64,000 bases of DNA. It comes from Paraspadella gotoi. Lineage: Eukaryota > Animalia > Chaetognatha. The number at the start of each line of letters is the position of its first letter. Position 1 is the stretch's first letter. The notes beneath the pieces were generated by a model that was not told where the DNA came from, made no database searches, and saw only the letters and a list, made by a program, of their open reading frames with translations. The translations under genes and the position numbers were made by a program. Below, one piece after another: positions 38,469 to 51,059 of the stretch. Where the stretch lies: positions 3,716,759 to 3,780,758 of the forward strand of contig CM119267.1 in assembly GCA_051294375.1 (NCBI GenBank), given 5' to 3'.

Positions 38469-40117
38469 GCCCTATTAATCATGTCTCTGGTAAAAAGCAA
38501 AATAAGAATTCGAATGAGAGAAAAACGAGAGCGTTTATTCATTTTGAAAAAGGAGAAAAAAAGGACGAATATAAATAAAATAACAAGTTGTACGTCTGAC
38601 TAAAGAGAGAGGGAAAAAGGTGGAGTGAATATTTCTGAAACGAAAAACGTGGACCGAAATCCGCGAGCTCGAAAGGAGAAGAGGATGAGGAAAGGGGAGG
38701 ATGACGAATGCCTTCGGCCTGAACCGCAGTCCCCCGTCCTTCCTCATCGATGCTCATTATGTACTTTAACCTTATCTGTTTGGAATTAGACCTTAATATG
38801 ATGCAGTAGTACTAGACCACATGAGCTAAGACCCAATTAAAACTCATAGTTAAAAAAAAAAACTCGATCCGAGAGAGAGAGTTAAAACATCTAACTTACG
38901 GCGATCAACTGACGCGACTTATCAAGTTCCCTAAGCAAGATCCATGGCTTTGGGATCTCAAGCGGTCGCACACGGCGATGCTTGCAAACAAAAAAAAAAA
39001 AAACGAAAAAAAGAACATAATTTTCTTTTTTTTTTCTCGGCGGTCCGGAAGAACAAGTTATCTGGTTGGGTACGCGAGATCTAAAATTGTGGCCGGGTAC
39101 GTCGGCTTCGGATTTAGTGCGCACCGGTTGTTGCGCGACGCCGTATCGTATTTAGGGAGAAAGCGGCGTCGCGTAGCGGCAGCTTGTCTTCCGAGGTATT
39201 AGGAAACTTTCTTCTTCTGTCCATGTCTGTTGACGCGTCTGTGTCTGCTGTCTCCTGTATGCCTCCTATTAGTTTGTCCGACCGGTCTGTACCGCCCGGC
39301 TGTAAAGCTGTCGTTCTAAATCTCTGTCTCTCTTGTCTTAAGGCCACGTCTGACTTTCAACAGCTGTCCGTCTAAATACCCATCCATTGTCCGTCTGTCT
39401 GTCCGTCCCACAGCGATTAATTTATGACTCTCTGAAAATGATTTCCCATCAAGACCGTTCGAATCCGAAGGCGATTTAATCTGACCGAATCATAAAGACA
39501 TCGAATGGCAAATAGTGATCTTATCGACTTTGCCATCTTCGACATTCGATGTTTGACCGATAGCCCAGTTTCGACCTAACTTAACGAGCTGCCACGACAC
39601 GCTCCATAATACACGCTGTCAGACGTCGGATCCCTACTAATCTCCGCATATGCATTCTCCTCCCGTAATAATATTCATTGCCATTGTTGTCAGCGATATC
39701 TCCGTATCATCCTTCTGCCATATCCATCCTGCCATGTCCCTCCATCATTATTCTCGTCATTAATGCCACCTCCTCGCGTCCATCTCCTCTTGCATGTTCC
39801 TTTTGCCCTCTCCTGTCATCTACCATCTACCTCCTTGCCATGTCATCTATTGTATCATTATACTTCTCCTATTCTGCCATATACGTCCTTTTGGCTATCC
39901 CCCTGCATGAGCCATCTCCTTCTTTGCGTGTGCGCATCTCCGCCATCATGCCACTCGCATGCCCAAAGGCTAAACCATGGATAAGTCATGTCCAACGCTG
40001 GTGAATCCTCAAGGTCATAGTATTCGGGTTTTTTTCGTACTTCTCTCCTTTTCACATTCCTATTCTTATGCGGCAGATAATGCGCGACCCAGGATATTAG
40101 CTGGAGACTGGAGAGAG

Positions 40118-40168
<51 letters not shown>

Positions 40169-40508
40169 AGAGAGAGAGAGAAAGTAAGAGAGAGAGAGAG
40201 AGAGTAGAGATATGAGAGAGAGAGACTGGCAGTCCTGCCGTCATTGCTGCAGGATGCTGTTGCAGGGCAGACTGCCTTTGGGGATCCCGCCAGTATCGCC
40301 TCGGGACCGTCTAAACTCTCAAGGACATCCTTACTCATTTTTTTGCTCTTTTTTTTTGTTTAATCTTAACTTCGGACTTTTGACTGATAAAAAATAAAAA
40401 AAGGCATTAAAAATATTTTTCCCTATTTTTTAGGTGCGTCTTTATGTTCCGACTTTAAATCTCGTTTTATTTTTCTTTCGTCGCCCGGAAACTGCTTGGG
40501 TCGTGTCT

Positions 40509-43500
40509 AGATAGATAGATAGAAAAAGAAGGATACGAATAACAAAGAAAGAAAGAGAAGAAGGAGACGAATAAAATAAAAGAAGGAGAAGAAGGAGACG
40601 AATAAAAAGAAAGGAGAAGAAGGAGACGAATGAAATAAAAGAAAGGAGAAGAAGGAGAAAAGGAGACGAATAAAAAAAGAAGAGAAGAAGGAGAGGATGA
40701 CAATAAAAGAAAGGGCAGAAGAGAAGAGAGACGAATGAAATAAAAGAAGGGAGACGGAAACATTTGTGCGCAAATTAGAGAAAGATCGTTAATTAAGAAG
40801 TCGTTTCGTCGGAGCCATTAAACGAGGGGGAGACGACTCAGAAGAATAATGATAAAATTGTGATGATAAAAAAAAAGTAAGAATTGGAGATGGAGCGGCG
40901 TGAATGAAACCGGGGGGGGCGGAGAGGGGGAGTGGGAGGGGGAATAGAGGGGAGGAGAGGAAGAGAAGAGAGGGAAAGGGAGGGGATAGAGGGGGAGAGA
41001 GGGAAGAGAAGAAATGAAGAGAATGGAGGAAGGGAAGAGAGGAAGAGAAGAGAGGTAAAGAGAGGAAGAGAAGAGAGAAAAAGAGAATGAGAGAAGAGAG
41101 GGAAAAGAGAGGTAAAGAGAGAAGAGAAGTAAAGAGAATAAGAGAAGAGAGAGAAGAGAGGGAAAAGAGAGGAAGCAAAAAAAAAAAAAATGATTTCGAA
41201 AGATTTTAATGACGGAAATTTTTGAATTGAGACAGATGGGAAATGTGAGAGGACGAAATTCAGAAAAATGAGAGAAAGTTTGAGATTTGCGATTTCGTGA
41301 GCCGTGAGCCTGTGTGTGTGTTTTTTTTTTGGGGCGGGGTGAATCTGAGAAGCGTAAAAGAGAAGAGAGAATTCTGAAACTTGAGGAAGATGACCCAGAA
41401 AAAAAGGCGATCATATGATACATGGGTTTACGACTCGACTGTCCAAAATTTGATTAAACTATCTGCACTGTCTTTATGAAGAAAGAAAACACAAGACAAA
41501 AAACCGGAGGGACAAATTTCTTGACGTCACTGGTTAAAAATAGCCTACCATGTTCTGTTCCGATCTCTGATCCTAAACAGATATCCCGGACCCCGAACCC
41601 CAGACTCAAGACCTCAGACCCAGAACCTAGGCCCGAAACCCTCGCTCCTCGGAGACGCCGTGTCATCGGGAACAACGCGAAATGGAGAATGTTCCGTGAG
41701 GAAGCCAGAAACATGGGAAAACCAAGAAAGTGCGCGGGAAAGAAATGAAAAGAAAAGGGAAAGAAAATGGAGAGAAAAGGAAAAAAAAAGAAAAGGGAAA
41801 GACATTGGAAAGAAAAGAAAAAGAACATGGAAATAAATGGGAAAGAAACAGGAAAAGAAAGAGAAAAATTAAAACAAAAGGGAAAAAAAAGGAAATAAAA
41901 TGGAAATAAAATGGAAAACAAATGAAAAGAAAAGGAAGAAAAGGGAAAAAATGGAAAGAAAAGGGAAAGAAAAGGGTAAAAAGAAGGTTAGGAGAGCGCG
42001 GCCTTCCTCGAAAAACTGCTATCTCAGCCAGTTGGCGATGGCTTCCTTGTTTGAGCTCATAAACTTGGTTGAGATTCGCGCTTCGACGCTTAAGGGGGGG
42101 GTTCGTCTTTTTTCTGTCTTTCCTTTCTTTTCTGCTTGTTTCGTTTCCTTCTTTCTTTCTTCTTCTTCTTTGTCTTTCTTTCTTTTCTTTCTTTCTTTCT
42201 TCTTTCTTTCTTTTTTTCTTTCTTTCTTTCTTTCTTTCTTTTCTTTCTAACTCTATCTCTCATCTTTTCTCTCGTGATTTTGGGCCCATTTTTAAGGAGC
42301 GTCAGTAATGGATTCTGTTAGACGAAAAAAAAATATTTTTTTCCCTGGAGTTGCTATGTCTATAAAGAAGAACGAGCCAGTGAAAAGGAAAAATTTAAAA
42401 AAATTAAAATTATTTTTGTAAAAAAATAAGAAACATGAAAAGAGAAAAATCACAAAAGGCAAGAAAATCAAGAAAGAAGAAAAAGGGTCAGGAAATCTGA
42501 AGAGAGAAGAAGAGCAGCAAAGGAATAGAAAAGATAAAGAAGATTTTCCACTGTATTTGTTATTGTCTTCGTCTTCGTCGTTTTTTGTCGTTGTCTTTGT
42601 CATTATCGTTATCAACATCTTCATCGTTGTCATCATCTTCGTCAAGTCGTCGTCGTTGTCGTCGTCATCGTCGTTGTCTTCGTCGTCATCGTCCAAAAGA
42701 TGAATCTACTCATTCAATGGATTTCGGTGCAAACGAAAAAAAAACTGTCAAATATTCAAATCGTATGTATTATGTACTAATTTTATACATAATAGAAAAA
42801 ATTAGGGAATTTATAAATTGAATGTGGCTAATATCTTACGCTATTATTCAAACTGTACATGGGTCAGAATAATCACGATTTTACGACGCAATAAATAAAG
42901 CGTCTCAATACTAAAAAAAAATTATTGGGGGCTGGAGTTTGAGATGAATTAAGACGGGTTGAGAAAGGTCAAGTTGGATTCAGATGAGTCGAGATGGTTT
43001 GAGATGAATTAAGACGGGTTGAGAAAGGTCAAGTTGGATTCAGATGGGTCAAGATGGTTTAAGATGAATTTAGACGGGCTGAGATGGATTACGAAGGATT
43101 GAGATGGATAGAGATGGATTGAAATGGTTTGAGATGGATAGAGAGAGCTTCAGAGGGGTAAAGACGGGTTGAGATAGGTTCAGATAGGTTAACATGAGTT
43201 GAGATGGGTGAGGCAAGCTGCGTCGGGTGAGTCTTCTGGCCTTTGGGTCTTTTGATTCAAGTTCCTCTTCTATTCCCTTCATCCAAATCTCATTNNNNNN
43301 NNNNNNNNNNNNNNNNNNNNNNNNNNNNNNNNNNNNNNNNNNNNNNNNNNNNNNNNNNNNNNNNNNNNNNNNNNNNNNNNNNNNNNNNNNNNNNNNNNNN
43401 NNNNNNNNNNNNNNNNNNNNNNNNNNNNNNNNNNNNNNNNNNNNNNNNNNNNNNNNNNNNNNNNNNNNNNNNNNNNNNNNNNNNNNNNNNNNNNNNNNNN

Positions 43501-45498
43501 NNNNNNNNNTCAGCATCGTTAACTATTCACGCCCGTCGATCACCATTAAAATCCATGACCCCCCTCCCCCTTTATTGGCCCCTTATTACCCCCCTTCCCC
43601 TTTTTTGCCTCTTTTATTGGCCCCTTAGTGGCCCCTTATTACCCCCCCCTATCGCCCTCTCTCTCCTCCTTATCCTTATGGTCTTTTTTTTCTTCTTCTT
43701 TTTTCTATTTATAGTATAATGCATCGACGTACAATTCTAAGTCCTTTTTTTTCCCAAAAATTATTCCACATGCAAGAAAATATACATCTCGATGAGCATT
43801 TTGGCGAAACTTTTTTTTCTTTTCTCTTCCTTTTTTCTTTAATCTTTATTTTCTTTTTTTTATATCTCTTTTTATCTTGATTCATCTTTTTTCCCTCTTT
43901 AGATCCTTATTACTACTTCGGTCCTTCATCAGTTTTTTAATCTCCTCTCTTTTTTTATATTTCTCTACCTCTCTCACTTTTAGATTTCCAGTCACGTCGG
44001 ATTTTCTTGGAGTCACTCGTGCTACCATCTCTCTCTCTCTCTCTCCTGTCTCTCTCTCTCTCTCTGTCCTCCTCTCTCTCTCTCCTGTTCTCTCTTCTCT
44101 TTTCTCCCGCTCTCTCTCTCTCTTCTCCATTTTCTCGTCTTTCTTTTCCTATGTCTCATCTCTCTCACTTTTTTTTTAGAATTTCTTCTTTATAGCATTT
44201 TTTTTTCATCCTTTTTTCACCCTATTTTTATCATTTTTCTCGGACCATATCCCTCTTTCTCTCTTCTCTCTTCTCTCGGAGGAAGAGGGAGAGGGGCAGG
44301 AAGAAAGAGGAGAGGGAGAGGGGGAAGAAGAGAGTAAAGCTATTAGAGTCAGAGCCCTTATTCGACTATGATTCGACTACCTCAAACGGTACAATGAGGG
44401 AGAGTGGGAGGAAGAGTGAAGGAAGAGGTAATAATAAAAAAAGGAAAAAAAATATAGAATGACAGGTGAAAAAGGTGATGAGGGAAAAAGCAAAAGGAGG
44501 AAAGATGAGAAGTTCTGAAAATGAGCGGAAAAAAGAGAATCGGTTCTTGGAATAAAGCGGAGTGACAAAAATTATAAAAATAATTCTGAGGCGGTACTTA
44601 GTATTTTATTATAAATAGAATTACCCGTATATTGAAAGATTATGATCATTATAAAATAACTTTAAAAATATTTAATAAATATAAAGTATTAGATTTTTAT
44701 AAATTATATAATTTATAATTAGATAAGTTATAATTATTATTATTTATCTTTAATTTCTTAATAATTTCAAATAACTTCTCAAGTGCCGACCCTAATAGAA
44801 GATGAAGAGACGCTAAAAACCGAAGACGAGGCCTTAAAAAGGAAAATAAAAGGAAACAATGAAGAGAGAAAGGAGAGACGAGGAGAAAAGAAATAAAACA
44901 GAGAGGGAAAAGAGAAAGAAAAAGACTGAAAAAAAAAGCAATAAAAAGAAAAAAAGGAAGAAAAAGTTGTCGGTAGGAAGCAAAAAGAAAATAAAAAGGG
45001 GAAAGACTACGTGAAGGAGGAAGGTAAGCAATTAATTTTATGAAGGAGAATTTAAAGGCCGAGGGGAGGGGCAGAGGAAAGGGGGGGAGGTTAGGGGGGA
45101 GGCGAAAAGGGAGAAAAAACTAAAAGACGTAAATTGAAGAGGAAAATAGGAGGCGTGGCTGTTGTCAGAGGAGAAGAGGAGGAAAGGAAGATAAGAAAAG
45201 GAAGGAAAGAGAGGAGAAAAAAGGAAAGGAGATAAGGGGAGGAATAGAGAAGAAAGGGAAGGAAGGAGAAGAAAAAAAAGGGAAAGAGGAGTAGAGGGAG
45301 AAAAGAAGTGAAAGGAAGGGGAAAAGGGAAGAAAGGAAAGGAAAGAGAATGAAAAGAGAAAAAGGATAAGAAAATTTGAGAAAAAAAAAGGATGCGAACG
45401 AAAAAAAAAAAAAGACTAAATTGTTTTCTATTTTGTTTATCTTTTGTTTTTTTTTTGGCGGGAAGAAGATTCGAAGAGAGAGAGAGAGGAGGGAGAGA

Positions 45499-45553
<55 letters not shown>

Positions 45554-46057
45554 CACCTAGTTGGGGGCGACAGGGACGATTGGGCATCTAAACCAGGAAG
45601 GAACTCGCGCCGAAGTGAAAATCGTAAATCGGAGAAACTCGTCTCCATTGTGACGTCACTTAATTTTATTTACGAGGAAACAAAAGAGAGCGAAGAAACA
45701 GTTTGGGAAGCAGAAAACAAGAACCGGCAAGTTTAAGGTGTTGCAGAAAACAAGAACTGGAAAGTTTAAGGTGTTGCAGAAAACAATAACCGGAAAGTTG
45801 TGTTGCGCCGGAGTCACTTTCTTCTGTCTACAACTCGTACATATTTCTAGATGATCACGTGGCTTTTCAAGTAGGAAATTATACTCATTATGTACTTTAC
45901 CTTACTTTGGAAAATTAATTAATATGATGCAGTAGTACTTGAGCTAAGACCAATTAAAACTCAAGTTAAAAAAAAAACCGACCGAGAGAGAGTTAAACAT
46001 ACTAACTTACCGATCAACTGACCGACTTATAAAGTTCCTAAGCAAGATCTCGCGTCG
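40509..46057 (+). repeat. Duplicated block 2, copy D (apparently a different haplotype)
   Basis: Lacks about 36450-36950 and 38397-38752 of copy C, and has 3 rather than 2 units of a 33-bp repeat. Confidence 0.9.
45710..45799 (+). repeat. 33-bp tandem repeat, about 2.7 copies
   Basis: GCAGAAAACAAGAACYGGAAAGTTTAAGGTGTT. Confidence 0.85.
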
Positions 46058-48950
46058 ACACAGATTTTAATCTCGCGACGCCCGAAACCGAAATTTTCTT
46101 CCGGCGCCGGGAGAAAAGAAAGAAAAATTGTTCTTTTTTCGTTTTTTTTTTTTTTTTTTGTTTGAATGTCCGACCGCGAGATCTTGCTTAGGAACTTTAT
46201 TAAGTCGGTCAGTGTCGGTTAAGTTAGTATGGTTTAACTCTCTCACATGGTTGTTTTTTTTTTTAACTCTAAGTTTTAATATTGGTCCTTAGCTCAAGTA
46301 CTACTGCATCATATTAATTCAATTTTCCAAAAGTTAGGTAAAGTACATACGAGCAATCCGTGGAGGAGGGGTTCAGCCGAAAGGCATCGTCATCCTCCCC
46401 TTCCTATCCTCTTCTCCTTCCGAGCTCGCGGGATTTCGGGGTCAGGTTTTTCGTTCAGAATATTCACTCCACCTTTTTCCCTCTCTTTAGTCAGACGTAC
46501 AACTTGTTATTATTTTATTCGTCTTTTTCTCCTTTTCAATAAACGCCTTTTTCTCTCATTCGAACTTATTTTGCCCAGAGACATGATATAGGGTGGCGAC
46601 CAATGTGGCTCGAACCATACGACCCCGGGATTAAGAGTCCGTGTCTCTACGGACTGTTTCTACTTCCTAGCTTGTAAGCACGTGATCAATCTAGAAATAT
46701 GTACGAGTTGTAGACAGAAGAAAGTGACTCCGGCGCAACACAACTTTCCGGTTGTGACTTGTTTTCTGAAACACCTTAAACTTGACCGATTATGTTCTTC
46801 TGCTTCCCAAACTGTTCTTCGCTCTCTTTTGTTTCCTCGTAATAAAATTAAAGTGACGTCACAATGGAAGACGAGTTTTCTCCGATTTACGATTTCACTT
46901 CGGCGCGAGTTCCTCCTGGTTTAGATGCCCATCGCCCTGTCGGCCCCAACTAGGTGTCTCTCTCTCTCTCTCTCGTCTCTCTCTCTCTCTCTCTCTCATC
47001 TGCCTCTCTCCTTCTCTCTCTCTCCCTCTCTCTCTCTCTCTCATTCGAATTTCTTCCCGCCAAAAAAAAACAAAAGATAAAAAATAGAAAACAATTTAGT
47101 CTTTTTTTTTTCGTTTTCGATTCTATTTTTTTTTTTTTCTACAATTTATCTTTTCTCTCTTTTACATCTTTCCTTTCCTTTCTTCCTTTTCCCCTTCCTT
47201 TCACTTCTTTTCTCCTCTACTCCTCTATTCCCTTTTTTTCTTCTTCCTTCCTTCCCTTTCTTCTCTATTCCTTCCCCTTATCTCCTTTCCTTTTACTCCT
47301 CTCTTCTTCCTTTCTTTCTTCTCTTCTCTCTCTCTTCTCCTCCTGACAACAAGCCTATCGGCCCTTCCTATTTCCTCTTGCAAATTACGCCTCCTTTTTA
47401 GCTTTATTTTTCTCCCATGCCTTCGCTCCCACTAACCTTCCCTCCCCTTTCTCTGCCCCCCCCCTTGGCCTTTTAAATCTCCTTCTCAAATTAATTGCTA
47501 CTTCTCTCCTTCTCGGTCTTTCCCTTTTTTTTTATTTTTTTTTGCTTCCTACTCGACAACTTTTTCTTCCTTTTTTTTCTCTTTTATTGCTTTTTTTTTC
47601 AGCTTTTTTTTTCTCTTTTCCTCTCTGTTTATTTCTTTTCTCCTCCGTCTCTCCTTTCCTCCTTCTTTGTTTCCTTTTATTTTCTTTTAAGGCCTCGTCT
47701 TTCGTTTTAGCGTCTCTTTCATCTTTATTAAGTCGGCACTGAGAAGTCATTTAAATTATTAAGAAATTAAAGAATAAATAATAATAATTTATACTTATCT
47801 AATTATAAAATTAATAATTTTAAAAAATTTCATAATATTTTATATTTATATAAATATTTTTAAAAGTTAATTTATAATGATCATAATCTTCAATATACTG
47901 GTAATTCTATTTATAATAAATACTAAGTACCGCCTCAGAATTATTTTTATAATTTTTTTTGTCATCCCTTTATTCCAAAACGCTTAATTTCGATTCTCCA
48001 TTTTTTTTTTCCGCCTCATCTTTTCAGAAACTTTTCATCTTTCTCTTTTGCTTTTTCCCTCACATTCCTTTTCACTGTGCATTCTATTTTTTTTTCCCTT
48101 TTTTATTAATACCTCTTCTTCACTCTTCCTCCCACTCTCCCTCATATGTACCGGTTTGAGGTAGTCGAAATCATAGTCGAATATAAGGGCTCTGACTCTA
48201 ATAGCTTTTACTCTCTTCTTCTCCTCCCTCCCTCTCCTCTTTCTTCTGCCCCTCTCCCTCTTTCTCCCACTCTCCCTCTCCATTACCTCTCTCTTTCTCT
48301 TCCTCCCACCTACTCCACTCCTCCTCCTTCCTCCCACTCTCCTCTCTCATCTCTCTTCTTCCCTCCCTCTCCCTCTCCTCCTGCCCTCTCCGCCTTCTTC
48401 TTCCTCACCCCATCTCCCTCTCCTATTACTCTTTTTCTCCCTCTCTCCCTCTCCTCCTCCCTTCCTCCCCTTTCTCTCTTTCCCCCTCTCCCTCCCTAAC
48501 CACGCCTCTTTCTTCGAAAATTCCGGACGCCGACTGGAATCTAACCTCCCCCAAATAATAACTTCATAGCCTCTTAATCCCTCCTCAAACCCTTCCTCCT
48601 CTCTTCTCCTCCTCCTCCTACCTCCTCCTCCTCCTCCCATACATCACGGTCAATTGGCCCAACAAATCCTGATATCGCAAACAGAGAGAGTAATAAGAGT
48701 AAGAGAGGGGAGAGAGAGAGAGAGAGATGATAGAGGAGAGAAGGAGAGAAAGAGGGGATATGGTCCGAGAAAAAATGATAAAAATAGAGGGTGAAAAAAT
48801 GATGAAAAAAATGCTAAAAAAGAGAAATCTTAAAAAAAAAGTGAGAGAGATGAGACATAAGGAAAAAAGAAAGACAGCAAAGAAAAAGATAAGAGAGAGG
48901 AGTTGAGAGAAAAGGAGAGAGAGAGAGCGAGAGAGAGGGCGAGACAGAGA

Positions 48951-48982
<32 letters not shown>

Positions 48983-49147
48983 ATGGTAGCATCGGAGTGA
49001 CTCAAGAAAATCCCGACGTGACTGGAAATCTAAAAGTGAGAGAGGAGAGAAATATAAAAAAAGAGAGGAGATTAAAAAATGATGAAGACCGAAGTAATAA
49101 GGATCTAAAAGAGGGAAAAAAGATGATCAAGATATAATTAAGAGATA
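46058..49147 (-). repeat. Inverted third copy (E) of part of block 2, forming a ~5-kb quasi-palindrome with copy D
   Basis: AAGTTCCTAAGCAAGATCTCGCG (46032) vs CGCGAGATCTTGCTTAGGAACTT (46175), with a spacer of about 110 bp; ends at a 25-N gap. Confidence 0.9.
46594..46662 (-). pseudogene. tRNA-Lys(CTT)-derived sequence, copy in the inverted block
   Basis: Minus strand TAGAAACAGTCCGTAGAGACACGGACTCTTAATCCCGGGGTCGTATGGTTCGAGCCACATTGGTCGCCA: anticodon loop CT-CTT-AA, B-box GGTTCGAGCC and terminal CCA. Confidence 0.75.
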
Positions 49148-49172
49148 NNNNNNNNNNNNNNNNNNNNNNNNN

Positions 49173-50144
49173 GTCGGCCGGCGTCGGCGCCACTTCGGAA
49201 TCTTAAGTGACGCCGGTTGAGTTGCGCGACGCCCGTATCGTATTTAGGGAGAAAAGCGGCGTCGCGTAGCGTAGCGCTTGGTCTACATCCGAGGAAATAT
49301 TAGGAAAATTTTCTTCTATCTGTCTGTCTGTATGACGCTCTGTCTGTCCATCTGTCTCCTTGTCTGCCTACCTATTAGTTTGTCCGACCGGTCTGTCCGC
49401 CCGGCTGTAAAGCTGTCGTTCTATCCTACTGTCTCTCTTTCTTAAGGCCCGTCTGACTTTCAACAGCTGTCCGTCTAAAATACCCATCCATCCGTCTGTC
49501 TGTCCGTCCCAAGCGATTAATTATGTCTCTGAATGATTTCCCTCAAAGCCGTTCGAATCCGAAGGCGATTTATCTGACCGAATCATAAAGACATCGAATG
49601 GCAAATAGGATCTTATCGACTTTGCCATCTTCGACATTCGATGTTTGACGATGCCAGTTTCGACCTACTTAACGAGCTGCCACGACACGCTCCAATGACA
49701 CGCTGTCACGTCGGCTCTACATAATCTCCGCATATCATCTCCTCCCGTAATATTCAATTGCCATTTTGTCACGATATCTCCGTATCATCTCCTTCTGCCA
49801 TCTCCATCCTGCCATGTCCTCTCATTATTCTCTCATTATGCCACCTCCTCCGTCCATCTCCTTCTTGGCATTTCCTTTTTGCCATCTCCTGTCATCTACC
49901 ATCTACCTCCTGCCATGTCATCTCATTATACTCTCATTCTGCCATATCCTTTTGCCATCCCCCCTGCAATGAGCCATCTCCTTCTTTGCCATCTCCCATC
50001 TGCCACTCGCTGCCCCAAAGGCTAAAACCGGAAGTCATCGCTGGTGATTCATGTATTCGGGTTTTTTCGTCTTCTCTCCTTTTCACATTCCTTCCTTAAG
50101 CAGATAATGCGCGAAGGAATTAGCGGAGACTGGAGAGGAGTGAT

Positions 50145-50195
<51 letters not shown>

Positions 50196-50487
50196 AGAGA
50201 GTAGAGAGATAGAGAGAGAGACTGCAGTCCTGCCGTCATTGCTGCAGCATGCTGTTGCAGCAACTGCCTTGGGGATCCCCAGTCGCCTCGGCCGTCCCTC
50301 AAACTCCACATCCTTTCATTTTTTTTGCTCTTTTTTTTTCTTGTTTTAATCTTAACTTCGACTTTGACTGATAAAAAAAAAGCATTAAAAATATTTTTCC
50401 TATTTTTTTAAAAGCGTGACGTCTTTATGTTCCGACTTTAAATCTCTTTTATTTTTCTTCGTTCCCCCGGAAACTCTTGGGTCGTGT
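49173..50487 (+). repeat. Direct copy (F) of 39090-40508
   Basis: Colinear match including a GTCT-rich tract and degenerate GCCATCTCCTTCT repeats; both copies end at GGGTCGTGTCT. Confidence 0.9.
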
Positions 50488-50488
50488 C

Positions 50489-50519
<31 letters not shown>

Positions 50520-50569
50520 AGTCCATTTGGCTTTTCTGGGGAAATCTTAACGATTTTTCATATCAGGGC

Positions 50570-50664
50570 CGCCAAGACTGGCGGAGGCGGCGGAGGCGGC
50601 GGAGGCGGCGGAGGCGGTGGCGTCGTGGATAGCGGTGGAGGCGGTGGCGTTTTAACGTGATTTT
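50570..50664 (-). CDS. Candidate poly-Pro exon
   Basis: Minus frame NHVKTPPPPPLSTTPPPPPPPPPPPPV with mixed CCA/CCG/CCT codons. It could equally be poly-Gly on the plus strand. Confidence 0.3.
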
Positions 50665-50722
50665 CCAGAGTAGGGTTGGGTAATTGGCAAAATAATTGAA
50701 GGATTATAAAAACTTAACTAAC

Positions 50723-50925
50723 TATGATTGAAATTTAAATCTTCATTATTTATTATGTTTTTTTTTCGCGCTTTGGATATTGTGACTTTAAATCCAAAAG
50801 AGTCAAGGGTATGTCGTCGTCGTCTTCGTCATCGTCGTCTTCGTCGTCGNNNNNNNNNNCGTCGCTCAAGGAGACGAGGATCGTTTCTTGGGGTAATAGA
50901 CTGTGCGTGGTATAACGGGGATGTT
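50723..50925 (-). CDS. Candidate exon with SIM-like motif and acidic tract
   Basis: HPRYTTHSLLPQETILVSLSD[gap, frame kept]DDEDDDDEDDDDIPLTLLDLKSQYPKREKKNIINNEDLNFNH followed by a GTTAGT donor. Confidence 0.45.
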
Positions 50926-50998
50926 ATTGCGGGAAAAAGAAGGAGAGAGAGAAGGAGGAAGAGAAGAAAAAGGGAAAGGGAAAATAAGAAAATAAGGA

Positions 50999-51054
<56 letters not shown>

Positions 51055-51059
51055 AGCAA

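Larger units (their letters stand above)
32680..40508 (+). repeat. Duplicated block 2, copy C
   Basis: 32680-38940 is colinear with 40509-46057; about 35990-39090 matches the reverse complement of 46058-49147; 39090-40508 matches 49173-50487. Confidence 0.9.

Noticed and set aside
34965-50570. In-frame TGA codons in otherwise protein-like frames (PKSIE*VDSS; LI*KIVK) as stop-codon reassignment or selenocysteine
   Set aside because: Each is explained by one or two single-base indels (RNPLNEVDSS; GPDMKIVK) in indel-rich sequence, and there are too few cases.
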